Positions 1-10,459 of a DNA stretch of 64,000 nucleotides are shown in pieces (the first letter of the stretch is position 1; every line of letters starts with the position of its first letter). A model generated the notes under the pieces. The model searched no databases. It was not told where the DNA came from and saw nothing but the letters and a program-made list of their open reading frames with translations. Source of the DNA: Caecitellus pseudoparvulus (lineage: Eukaryota > Protista > Bigyra: Bicosoecida); the NCBI GenBank assembly GCA_965644315.1, contig CBFFRQ010000068.1, positions 186,001-250,000 on the forward strand, in the 5' to 3' direction. Made by a program: the position numbers and the translations under genes.

Positions 1-2842
1 ACAGCAACCCGGAGCGTACCGACTGGGGTATCAACCCATGCCATTGGCAAAAGACAAGGGCCGACCTGCCGAGCCGCGCAGTTCCAGGCAGCCTTATGCC
101 CGGCACGACTGGAGGTCTGGCGCAGGTGCCGCTGAAGCCCTGCAAGGCGGACACGCCAAGGCAGGGGGGGTGGACCCGCAGGCTGCGGCGCGGGCAGCTG
201 CTGCAGACGCCCGCGCGAAGGCTGAGGCGCAAATCCGGGCCTTGGAGGCCGCACGCCGTGAAGCTGCCCAGCGACTGAAGGACGCCGCCCAAGCCAGGGA
301 GCGAGCCCGTAGGCAAGCCATGGCGGAGGCCAAGGCCGCCGAGGCCAGGCGCGCCAAGGCAGCATCAAGGGAAGCACGTCGGCGAGCCGAAGCGCTGTCA
401 GCACGCCGTGCGGCTGAGAAAGCTGCTCAGGCTCAAGCTGCAGAAGCGCTGCGACGTGCCAAGGCTGCAGCTGAAGCCCAGGCAGCTGCGCGCGCCCGCG
501 TCGCTGAGCAGGAAGCGGCACACGCCAAGGCACGAGCTCGTGCAGCCGCAAAGCAGAGGGAACAGGAGCGGGCCGAAAAGGCAGCCGCGCGGGAGCGGGC
601 AGCGGCGCGGGAGCGGGCAGCTGCCGAAGCTCGCAGGGCAGAAGCCGAGGCACGGCAGCGGGCGAAGGCGAAGGCCAGGGCGGCGGCTGGGGCCCGGCCG
701 CGGAGTGGCGCTTCAGACCGTTCACGGCACAGCGCAGGGTCCAGGCCCAGCACCGGGGCCAGGTCCAGCCACTCGGACCCAACTGCACCGGCGCACAGCA
801 AGCGCAGCGTGCAGTCCGCGGATCCCCAGGCGCGCCGTCGGGGATCCGGCGGGCGCCGAGTGGTGCACCTGCACGCCCAGGCGAAAGATGGTGCCCATGG
901 CGTGCGTCGGGAAGACGGCCGGCTAATGCTGAACACCGCCGCTGCGCATGCTGCGAGGGACAAGCTGGCCTCTGACACAAGTGTGCTGAAGCGACAGGAG
1001 GTGTTGCAGCATGCAGGGACAGTGCAGCGCAACGTGCAAGGCGCGGTCGCCGCTGCCCTTCAGTCAGTAGCCGCTGCTCGGGGAGCAGCGCCTGCTCCAG
1101 CACCTGAACCCAGCACCGGGCGAAGCAGGGCTTCTCTCAGCCAGGCACATGTTGATGCCCGAGCGGCGCTGCGTGCGCGGGTCAGGGGAGCCATGGGAGG
1201 AGGCCAGCCACCTCCAGGCATGTCTGAGCACAAGCACAAGCGCGCGGCGAAATCGAAGGCCCCAGCTCCAGCTCCAGCCCCAGCCCCAGCTGTAGCTTCC
1301 CCCAGTGAACAAGCACGTGCTGAGCGTGCGAAGGCCCGCGAAGCTGCTCGAGCGGAGATGCGTCGGAAGATTGCAGCTGACCGCAAAGCCGCCAAAGGGT
1401 CCAAGTCACTGGCCGTCGTTTTCGAGCCTCGGGTAGTTGGAGCGGGGCGGGGTGATGATGCGGAGCGACCGCCCACTGTGGACTCTGATGTCCAAGGCGT
1501 GCATGCTGAAGGCTTCGGTGCTCCGCCAGTGTCAGCCCCCACAACTCCCGGTGGGCACAAGGTCCCGCAGTATGCCGCGCCTGAGTCCCCCGCTGTTCGC
1601 GCTGCGGCGGCTGTTGGCGAACTCCTGGCCTTTGGGGGTGAGGGCTTCGCGCCTGACAAGGCAGCGCAGGGGCATGGCGGACGGCGAGGCACTGCCTTCA
1701 CTGCACAGGCAACCAGTGCTGATTCTCCCCCAATCGAGGGCCGGCGCGTGCCAAAGGCAGGAGAGCTGGGCTCCGCCCCGACCACCGCAGAGCGTAGAGC
1801 AGCACGGGCTTCACAGCGCACCTCGCTAACTTCCCAGCGCCAAGAAGATGCCAAGCGGATCGCGGCACTGAAGGATGCCGGGCGCTCAGAGCTGGCGCCA
1901 TCCAGGCACGCCCTGCGCCGGGGGGCGTCGCCCCCCACCCTGTCAGTGCCACACGAAGGAGCGGGGGGCGGAAAAGAGCCTGGCAGTGACGGGGAAGGTG
2001 GGGGCCATGAGGGCAAGACGACCCCAGAGGCCGCGAGCCTGCCGCCCTCTGCGGAAGCGTCCCCCGCCGCTGCTGCCCTGCAGCAGGCAGAGCAGCAGGC
2101 CCAGGCAGCCAAAGAGCAGTATGAGTATGTTAGCATGTTGGTGGACATGCACGCCACGTTGCATGCAGGACAGGGCGAGGACCTGGCCGCTGCCGTTGCA
2201 GCAGCCAGCGCTGGCGATGGAGGCGGCGCCGCTCGGGAGGCTCCCGCCCAGCAGGTGGCGGTGGACAGCGCACCCGGCCAGGAGGTGGACGAAGAGTGGC
2301 TCGATACAGACTCTGAGGCAGAGGACGCGGAGTTTGAGGCAGAAGCTGCTGCCATTGCCGGCTTGATGCAGGAAGGCGAAGAGAAAGATGAGGAGGCTGG
2401 GGCCGTGCCCGGGCGGGCCGCCCCGTCTCGACGACCACCCCAGCCGCCTGGCATGGGGGCCCGTGTGGGCCAAGATGTCGTCACTGCCCGGCGTGCACCC
2501 GTAGCAACTGGCATTCGACACTTGGTGGACGTGCAGCGCAGGGACACGCCCATGCACAAGGCTGAGGCTATGCGGGAGTGGCTCGAGGCCAAGCTGGGCT
2601 TCACAAAGTTCCTCACGGCCTACGATGCCCTGAGCAATGCCCCTCCTGGTGAGGCCCCCCACGAGGTCATGGCCATTCTCGGGGATGATGCCCAAGCCTT
2701 CGATGTGCTCATGGAGCTGACCGCTGTGGAGGCTCGACTGTACTCGGCGCCGCCTCAACGACCAAGTCGAGACTCTGCAGCACCCTCAGAACAAGGGGGG
2801 GCACGCATACTTTGGGAGGCTGGTCCACCTTCTTCTCCTTAA
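1..2842 (+). CDS. 3' part of a NIMA-related (NEK1-like) kinase; kinase domain presumably upstream of the window
   Basis: The frame is open from position 2 to TAA at 2840-2842. It encodes an Ala/Glu/Arg charged helical region, a disordered middle and a C-terminal module (HKAEAMREWLEAKLGFTKFLTAYDAL...VMAILGDDAQAFDVLMELTAVE) resembling the conserved NEK1 C-terminus. No kinase domain lies inside the window. Confidence 0.65.
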   Translation, partial: QQPGAYRLGYQPMPLAKDKGRPAEPRSSRQPYARHDWRSGAGAAEALQGGHAKAGGVDPQAAARAAAADARAKAEAQIRALEAARREAAQRLKDAAQARERARRQAMAEAKAAEARRAKAASREARRRAEALSARRAAEKAAQAQAAEALRRAKAAAEAQAAARARVAEQEAAHAKARARAAAKQREQERAEKAAARERAAARERAAAEARRAEAEARQRAKAKARAAAGARPRSGASDRSRHSAGSRPSTGARSSHSDPTAPAHSKRSVQSADPQARRRGSGGRRVVHLHAQAKDGAHGVRREDGRLMLNTAAAHAARDKLASDTSVLKRQEVLQHAGTVQRNVQGAVAAALQSVAAARGAAPAPAPEPSTGRSRASLSQAHVDARAALRARVRGAMGGGQPPPGMSEHKHKRAAKSKAPAPAPAPAPAVASPSEQARAERAKAREAARAEMRRKIAADRKAAKGSKSLAVVFEPRVVGAGRGDDAERPPTVDSDVQGVHAEGFGAPPVSAPTTPGGHKVPQYAAPESPAVRAAAAVGELLAFGGEGFAPDKAAQGHGGRRGTAFTAQATSADSPPIEGRRVPKAGELGSAPTTAERRAARASQRTSLTSQRQEDAKRIAALKDAGRSELAPSRHALRRGASPPTLSVPHEGAGGGKEPGSDGEGGGHEGKTTPEAASLPPSAEASPAAAALQQAEQQAQAAKEQYEYVSMLVDMHATLHAGQGEDLAAAVAAASAGDGGGAAREAPAQQVAVDSAPGQEVDEEWLDTDSEAEDAEFEAEAAAIAGLMQEGEEKDEEAGAVPGRAAPSRRPPQPPGMGARVGQDVVTARRAPVATGIRHLVDVQRRDTPMHKAEAMREWLEAKLGFTKFLTAYDALSNAPPGEAPHEVMAILGDDAQAFDVLMELTAVEARLYSAPPQRPSRDSAAPSEQGGARILWEAGPPSSP
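1259..1291 (+). repeat. Coding hexamer repeat (CCAGCT/CCAGCC)n encoding a Pro-Ala run
   Basis: cccagctccagctccagccccagccccagct translates as APAPAPAPAPA within the NEK1-like ORF. Confidence 0.8.
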
Positions 2843-2949
2843 CAATTCAACAAAGACTTGCGCCATCTTGCTGGCAGGTGCCTCTGCCTCACAACGAGCA
2901 CCCTTGTGAGACTCGCAAATGCACCACGCCAAGTGCTGAACGCGAGGCG

Positions 2950-5900
2950 ATGAGCTTGGTTGACTTGCCACCGGCCGCCTGGGGCACCTTGTTCGACTAT
3001 GATGACTACCCTCTCGTTCTGTATGCTTACCTGTGTGAGTTCCTTTGTTGAGCCACTTCGCTCGCAAGGCATGGGCTCAGCAACCGAAGCAATTTCCGCA
3101 CTGTTGCTGCGCAATAATGCTCTCAGGTCGCTGCAGCAAGGGCACACTCCGCGCTTTACTGCGAGGGGATCAGACTATATTTCGCCGTGTTCTTACTTCA
3201 GCTGTCGACGACGAATGGATCGTCCGTGTCACTCGTCGCCCGCAAAGCGACGATGCGCCGCACCAGCTGCCGGACTTGGACTGGAAGCTCGCCACAAAGC
3301 AACTCCGCCTGGTGGGCACAGGCAACACCCTCCTTCAGGCTGGACATGCAGCGGCTGCCGAGACGTTCTTCCAACGCGCCCATGAGGTTGCACAACCAAG
3401 CATAGACAGTGCAGACGCTGCGCCGCTGTTTGCTTGCCCAGATGACCTCTTGGTCAAGCCGCCAGGATACGAGCGGGAACCAGCGCTGCAGCCCACTGAG
3501 GCGCGCCAAGGCAGTGGCAAGCGACATTCTCGCCCAGTGCTCGCGAGAGCAGCAAGCACTGGCGCCTCGGGCGGGCCTTCCCGCAGGGCCCCGCCTCGCG
3601 CGCTCGGCTGGGCCAGCTCTGGCGAGCACCTGCCTCAGGAGAGGGGACATTGCCACTGGCTACAAGGCAGGCTACATCGGGCATGTCCGCGGGCTGGTGA
3701 CAACTGTAGGCGCACCCTACTTGATTGCGAGCGGGGGCTGCGCGGAGGCTGGTGTCCTCAGGTTCATGAGCCCGACATGTGGGCGCTTGTCTGCTGCTTG
3801 GGCCACAGGAATTGGGCTCGATCCTTCAATTGGGCTGTGTATGCTGTGCTAATGCTGATATGGGCTGCAATCTACACAGTCGTAGTCTTCTTCTTCAGCT
3901 ATGCTGCGCTCTGCATACCCGTGGTCGCGTGGCACACTGCATCTCAATTCGTCCTTGGGTTCTTTCAGCCAAATGATCTGGCGAAGGACTTCTCCGTCGT
4001 TGAGGAGAACATTCACACCGTGCAGGAAGGGCTTTGGGCTGCGCTCCAGGGCTTGGGATTTTACATCGCTCTCGTATTCTTCGGTCTGATCTTTGAGCAG
4101 GTCTCGGACCAAGTGCAACAGTTCACCGCGTGGCAGGCTTGGAGGCAGGTGTCGCGTGGCGCGTCTCATCTGGGGCAAGGAGACCAAGACACGGGCCCTT
4201 CCATGTCAGCGATCGGCTCTCTTGGCGTCAAACACGGCTCAGCGGAGGGTTCTGGGTCCCCGCACTCCTTCAGCCGCGCCCCCAACTCTCTCGCCGCCCA
4301 AGCTTGCACAGGCGAGGCAGCAGCGGCTGCGGCTGCACTGCAACACGTAGCAGTGCTACCACCTTCCCTTCGAGTTGCTCTACTCCTGAGGCAGGACCCG
4401 TTGAGTGTGCTGTCGCTCCCTCAACCTGATGTTGGTGACGCTGCGAAGGTGTGCAGCGAGCTTGCCAAAACTCACAGGCTGAACTGTGTCTTTCCCGTGC
4501 CGGAATACGCACTTGGCCTGTCTGATGACGAAAGGTCTGACGTTTATCGGCGGCAAACGGAGGGGGCCGCGTATGTTGCCCAGTTTGAAGGGTATTGCCA
4601 CACACCAGTGAGCCAGGTGGATCGGGAAGCAGCTCAGGATGCAGAATGGCAGCGTGGGGATGCGCCAAGCCCTGCCTGGCGTGGCAGCGCCAGCCGCTAT
4701 GCTCCACAAGGATACACTGTGTTCGGAACGGCTCGAGCTGCCGAGACTGCGCTAGACATGCTGTCACCTTGGCTCTCACCCAGCGCGAAATGGGTGCCCA
4801 GTTGTGCGGTCTTGGAGGAGGATGAGAGGCACGCCATCCACCACGCTCTGCTCAGGGCATGTGCCTTACGCACGGCTGACGATGCGAAAATGCTTCGCTT
4901 TGTTGGAAGCCGCGTTTTGGGTGGAAAAGGGGCTAAGATTCCCGAATCACCGTGGTGGGACAGTGCGGGCTGGCTGCGTTGGACGCAGGGACGAGGAGCT
5001 GGCACTGCAAGCGGCCTAGCGAGCGCAGATACTGACGCCTCAGCAGCTCGTGAGAATCGACCTCTCACACACATGTTGCATGGCTCTGAGTGGTATAAGT
5101 GGTGGCTGGGGTTAGAGGTTGCCCAGTGGCTTGAATCTGTGTGGTGCCAGAAGTGGCCGCTGCAACTGCACGTTTACGTCGCGGGGTCTGTGGTCACGGG
5201 GGAGTTTGCGTGGGTCCTTGAGCCTATTTTTGCACGATTGGCGGGCCAGTTTCCATCGTGCATGCCCAACCCGTTCCTGCGTACAAGGATCTCGCGCGAC
5301 GTGCCACGAGCTGCACCAAGAGCGGGAACCTTGATCTCGGCATTGCTTCAACGAGGGTTAAGGAACGGACTGCCGACGGACACGACTTGCGAGGGCGACT
5401 CACACGCAAGTCGCTGTGCCATGGAAGGTCTACTTCCATTGGAACACCGTAGCGAGCAGTGGGAGGGTATGGCAAGCCTTGAATTCGATACCCGTGATCG
5501 AAGGCTGGTTTTCAGGTGCCAAGAAGGCTGTCTGCCGGGAAACTTGAAACGGCCAGCGCCTGCGCCGTGGAGCGGCAGGTACTCAGGCCAGCATACCCTA
5601 TGGAGACTTGTTGCGCACCTCATACGCCATAAACCAGAGCTTCATAAGCGGTGGACGGAGGCAATCTGTGTCTGCAAGCCGGAAGAGTTCTTCTTCACCA
5701 GCAGCCCTGCGCCGGTGCTTCGTAGTGGGGCGTCACCTCGGAAGTTGCGGCGGAAGCAGCGTGCTCGCTTACAACCAGAACACATGTACGTCAAGTTCCC
5801 TATTCAGGCTCCCAGCGGTGGGGGGTTTGCTGGTTGCCACCACTTGCTGCTTGAAGCTCGGGCCGGCCATGCATGGGTACGATGGGGCAGCCAGTCAGCC

Positions 5901-8024
5901 CGCTCCCAGCTGCAGCAGCACACCGTCCGTTCACGCACAGACCAGATCCCAAAGCAGATGTACAAACATGAGCGGGAACAATGGTGCTCAACACTTGCCA
6001 TGCATGCTGACAACCAAGTTCTGAACAGGCGGAAAGGTTCGTGGCAGCGGCCGATGTTCATGGCATCCGCCACAACGATCAAAGACTCTGTGGACCTCGA
6101 TCCATGTTTGTGGCGGCTCGGTGGCTTTTTGTCCCGGGTGGGAGGAGCATCTGCCGTTTGGACAGCTGCACCAATCCCACCGCACGCTGGCCAGCAGAGG
6201 GGGCCGCGTGTGAGACCCAAGGCGCGATTCCCACAAATCATTGACGAGTCTGCTGAATGCGGCAATGCTGCAGCGAGTCGCATGCAGCAGTGGCTAGCTG
6301 CGGCGCCTTCAAGCGTGCAGGCATCTGCGCACTGTTGGGGAGTAGATAGCGATGCAGAGGAAGACTACTCAGACTTGTCTCTGGGCATGGATCCCCGGCA
6401 CTTGTCCCAGCCAGACACGGATGGTGCTGAAGGGCAGTTTGCCTGGGCTTGGGCGCTGGGGAAGCAGCTCCATGCCGACGAAGTTCGGCAACTCCCGCCC
6501 AGTGCAGAATTTGAGGCAGCACTTCCACTGACCACTTTGCCTGCTCTCCCTATTCCCGTTTTGGGTGAGCCACTCAACGCGTGGCTGCCTAGCAAAGCTG
6601 GCTTTCTTCAAGTAGACTGTGCACTGCAAGCACCCTTTCTTGGCTTGGCAGCCATCGGCACTCAAACAGCAACCTCATTGCAGACCCTAGCATTGGCTGC
6701 ACGACGGATTGTGGGTGGCAATCTTGGCATGCCTGTGCCCTGGTTAGAGCTGCGCATGCTCGCGTCTGCTTTGGCCATGAACCACCAACAGCTGCAACAA
6801 TCAAGGCAGACCAGGCTTGTCTGCGCAGGGATGAAGGAAGAAGTGCAATTCGCCCAAAGGGGTGTGTCTCTCAGTGGAGAAGCAGCTGACGCGGTGTTTT
6901 CTTCCGCAGTCGGAGACGTCATGCACTCCTGCCGACACGTCATAGCCATGCACCGGGCTGTCGGAATCCCTTGGCGCGGTGGTGACCACCTTCACCACTG
7001 GGAGGCAGCCTGCTCACATATTGCTGCTGTGCGAAGGCAAGGACTGCGCCTTCCGCCGCTGCCACAGCCTCCCTGTCCTCAAGCGCCTCCTTGCAAGCTG
7101 CGGCCTTGTGCTGCTGAGCGCAATGCGCTTCCATGTCAACCTCAACGTGCATCACCTCCACTACCCTCAAACAGCTCAACCCACTTTCTGCGGCTTGTTC
7201 TCCCCCCCACACTTGGTCTGTCAACAGGCGGCACGGCTGAGAATGCGTGGAGTGATGTGCTTGACGAGCTAAAGAAGGACGGGCTCCGCTTGCTGCAGAT
7301 GGATGAAGCCCACCCTGGCCTGCGGATTGGTGTGCGGGGCTTGCCCCCTTTTGACGTCTTACATCATGACTTCGAGCTTGTGGTGGAAGGTGGCTTTGCC
7401 GTTCCAAGCGACGATGAAGACGAGCAGATGGGTGGTGGCATGGGTGGTGAGTCGTCGGAATCTGACTTCAGTGACTCAGAAGAAGAGAGAGAAGGCGAGG
7501 ACATCGGCGAAGTGGACGACTTGCCACCACACGACGGTCACTTTGGGGCAGCCGAAGCAGCCGAAGTAGCGCGAGGAGGTGCAGCTGCACCTGCCAGAGT
7601 GCGAAGGCGCCGAGGAAGAGCCCATGGGCAGGATCAAATTGGTGCTGCACTTGATGAAGCTCTTGCGATTGACCTGGACAGCCCACACACTAAATTACCC
7701 GCTAACTTGCAAATTGCGGCCAACGGACAGACCAAGGTTCGTGTTCCAACTGGGATACCTTTGGCCTCTCCACCCAGGGTGCCAGCTCGACACGAAACCG
7801 AAGAGCAGCTTGAAGAACGCCTGGCAGCTCTGGGGGGTGCCCCCGATGAGCAAGCCCTCCGCTTGTCCCAAATGGACCATTTGACGCAAGAGCTGTTGAT
7901 GGAGATCGCCCGCTGTAGCGCAACATGGGACGCATTGCTGGCTGAAGGAATTCCGGACGACGTCCTGGCTGTCCTGCCTCAACTCGCCCAAGGGCCTTGG
8001 CAGGAACCGCTCGGCATTTTTTGA
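2950..8024 (+). CDS. Large (~1660 aa) protein with N-terminal F-box-like motif, TPR-like helix, Cys/His cluster and 2-3 TM helices
   Basis: Exon 1 is 2950-3034, the intron 3035-3126 (GTGAGT...CTCAG) and exon 2 3127-8024, which joins in frame. The spliced N-terminus MSLVDLPPAAWGTLFDYDDYPLVLYAYLCRCSKGTLRALLRGDQTIFRRV fits the F-box pattern. Also present: TPR-like GNTLLQAGHAAAAETFFQRA and hydrophobic segments at ~3830-3965 and ~4035-4095. Confidence 0.7.
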
Positions 8025-8025
8025 T

Positions 8026-10390
8026 TTACCACGCTTGGCCTTGCCCGATGTCACTAACAGGCACCCCCCCCAGCTCTTCCACTTGCGCCCGCAACGCGTC
8101 GTTCAGGGCAACCATGAACTGCAAGTCCTCGCCAGCAGCGGCAAGTTGCCTTGCTGCAAGCTCCAGCTTTGCTCGGAGCTCCTCGACCTCGGAAGAGGCC
8201 CCCTGCACGACTGTGCGGAACATCTTAAGCTCCTTGCTCTTTGCCCCCCGTAGCGCTGCTCTGTGAGCTGCACGAGCCTGTGCAAGGTCTGCCTTCGCCC
8301 GTCGCTTGGCTTCCTCCAATTCCAAGCTCAGCATGCTCTGATCTGCTTTAGCCTGCAAGAGCTCCAACTGAAGCTGCACCATCTCCGGCGACTCTTGGTG
8401 ACCGCTTGCGTCCACCTGCATCAAAGCTTGCTTCTTTTTCTCTGTGTCAGCAGTCAACTCGGCACGCTGTTTCTCGAGAGCCTCGGCCATTGCTCTCGCA
8501 TGCTCCTCGGCAAGGGCTTGCCGCTCCTCTTTGGCAATCTTCTCCCTAAGCTCGGCGTCCTCTTCGAGGAGCAGAGTGTGCGCGGCAGCTTCTTGTCGGG
8601 CCTCAGACTCTTCCCTCATCAGTACTTTGATCTCCGCCTTGAGCTGAGCCGCGGCTGCTTCACTTGTTTGGAGGCTGGCTTGGTCTTGCTCAAGCCCCTG
8701 GATGAGGCCGGCAAGCTCCGCTTTGTGCACGCCATCTTCGCCTCCATCTTGTAGTAGCTCTTGGTACTGCTCAAGCTTTTCCGCGATGCTGGACCGGAAG
8801 GATGCCATTTCCCTGCGCCTCTTGTCGTACAGTTTTCTTGCTTTGCCGCGTGCCTTCTCCAGAGCTGCGATCCGCTGCAGCGTGGCGACTTTCTCCTCCT
8901 TAATCGTGAGCATGACGCTCTTGATACGTTGTTCATCTCGCAGGTTCTTCGCCCTCTCTTGTTCGTACAGTTCTGACAGCTTGCGCTGTTTCTCCCAGTC
9001 TTGGGCTTGAGCCTCCTTTAGCGCCTCCAGCTTCTCCTCCATGTCAAGCACTTGCTGATGGGAAGGTCCCTCATGAGCACCGCCTTCGCCAGCTGCCTCC
9101 CTGGCCGCCTCAGCTTCCGCGAGAGCTTGACGAAGGGCCGTAATCTCCTCCCTCAGTTCTCGTATGACTTGCTGGGACACATCCTCGTTTCTCTTTGTCG
9201 TGTTTTTGATACGCTTGGCATTGGCGGCGTAGCGGAGAGTGGACAGCGATTCCTCGTAGTTGTTGTCTGCTGGGGAAAGTGTCGCAACCATGACAGTCAA
9301 GGAATTCCCACCAAGGCTGTCTTGCAGTAGGCGCGTCAGCTTCGAGTCTCTGTAGGGTATGTGCTTCTTCCCCTCTGCAAGGCCGTTGATGACTTGACCA
9401 AGGGTTGAGAGGGACTTGTTGATTGCTGCGCCTTCCCTCAGCCGCTCGCCTTCAGCGCCAGTCTTGCTCTGGCGCTCTGATCCTGCAAGGTCAACGAGGT
9501 TAATTCTTGCAGAGAGCTCTGTCGTGCGTTGCTTGCCGTCTCCAAGCTGCTCGACGTCCTTTTGCTTGATCTTCAAGGTGAAGCAGGAGTGAGAACGCGA
9601 GGACCGCGCGTTCATGCTGGTTGAAGCGACTCTGCGTACCCGATTCCCAGATTCAATGTACTGACTCACGCTCTCTGCAGAATCCACGACCAGCTCTGCC
9701 AGCCCTTGCACATAGATGCCCAGCTTGGGGTGCTGGCGAACTTCCAGCTTGCGGTCAGAGGGGTTCAACAAGTCCTTGATGACCTCATTGTAGATCTCTA
9801 GGTATGCTACTGTGATCATTAGCTCCTTGTCTGGGTTCTCCGCCTGCATGTCGCCCAAGAGCTTGAACAGGACCATGTTGATTCGGGGGATGATCCCAGG
9901 ATCAGTGTCGCTGCCCATCATGCTCCATGACTTTCCACTGCCCGTCTGCCCGTACGCGAAGACAGTTCCGTTGAACCCTTCAAGTGCTTGTTCAACTATG
10001 GGTTGGGCAAGATCTGCGTACACTTGTTCTTGGTTTGACTGCGGGTTCAACGAGAAACAGGGTGTGGGTGCCATCTCCATCACAGATTAGGCCCAGCGCC
10101 TCACCTCGGAGTCATAGCAATAGTCGAAGGCAAAAGACTTGCGGGCATCCCCGGCATGTCCAGGCGGGGCGTTCAAATGAATGGATGATCCGTCTACCTC
10201 GACAACGCTCTCGCAGCCAAGCTATGAAAGACAAGCCCATGTGGAAGTGGCAATGACCTCTACCACCATGAAACGCAAAGTCGAAACGCACCCCTTCCTC
10301 TCGTGAATTGAAAGGACGGACGCGAACAGCCACACGAACATTCGTGCTGGCACCCCCCACTTTGGGGCTGAGAGTGCTCTCGGCAGCCAT
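8026..10390 (-). CDS. Kinesin-3-like N-terminal motor protein (~742 aa) with coiled-coil tail
   Basis: Exons 10390-10292, 10221-10105 and 10038-8026, with GT-AG introns of 70 and 66 nt. Motifs: VRVAVRVRPFN, P-loop GQTGSGKS, SSRSH, LVDLAGSE, EGAAINKSL, HIPYRDSKLTRLLQDSLGGNS, and neck NEDVSQQVIRELREEI. Confidence 0.93.
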
Positions 10391-10459
10391 GGAGACTACA
10401 ATCGAAGCAGCGTGGCAGGACCTGGCCGCCAGGCTCTGCAGCAGGCAGACGCAAGGTGC

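Noticed and set aside
1060-2616. Long antisense and alternate-frame ORFs (e.g. 1060-2616, 42967-44019, 46486-47892, 56441-57343, 60113-61363)
   Set aside because: Shadow ORFs expected opposite GC-rich coding sequence; low-complexity translations with no recognisable motifs.
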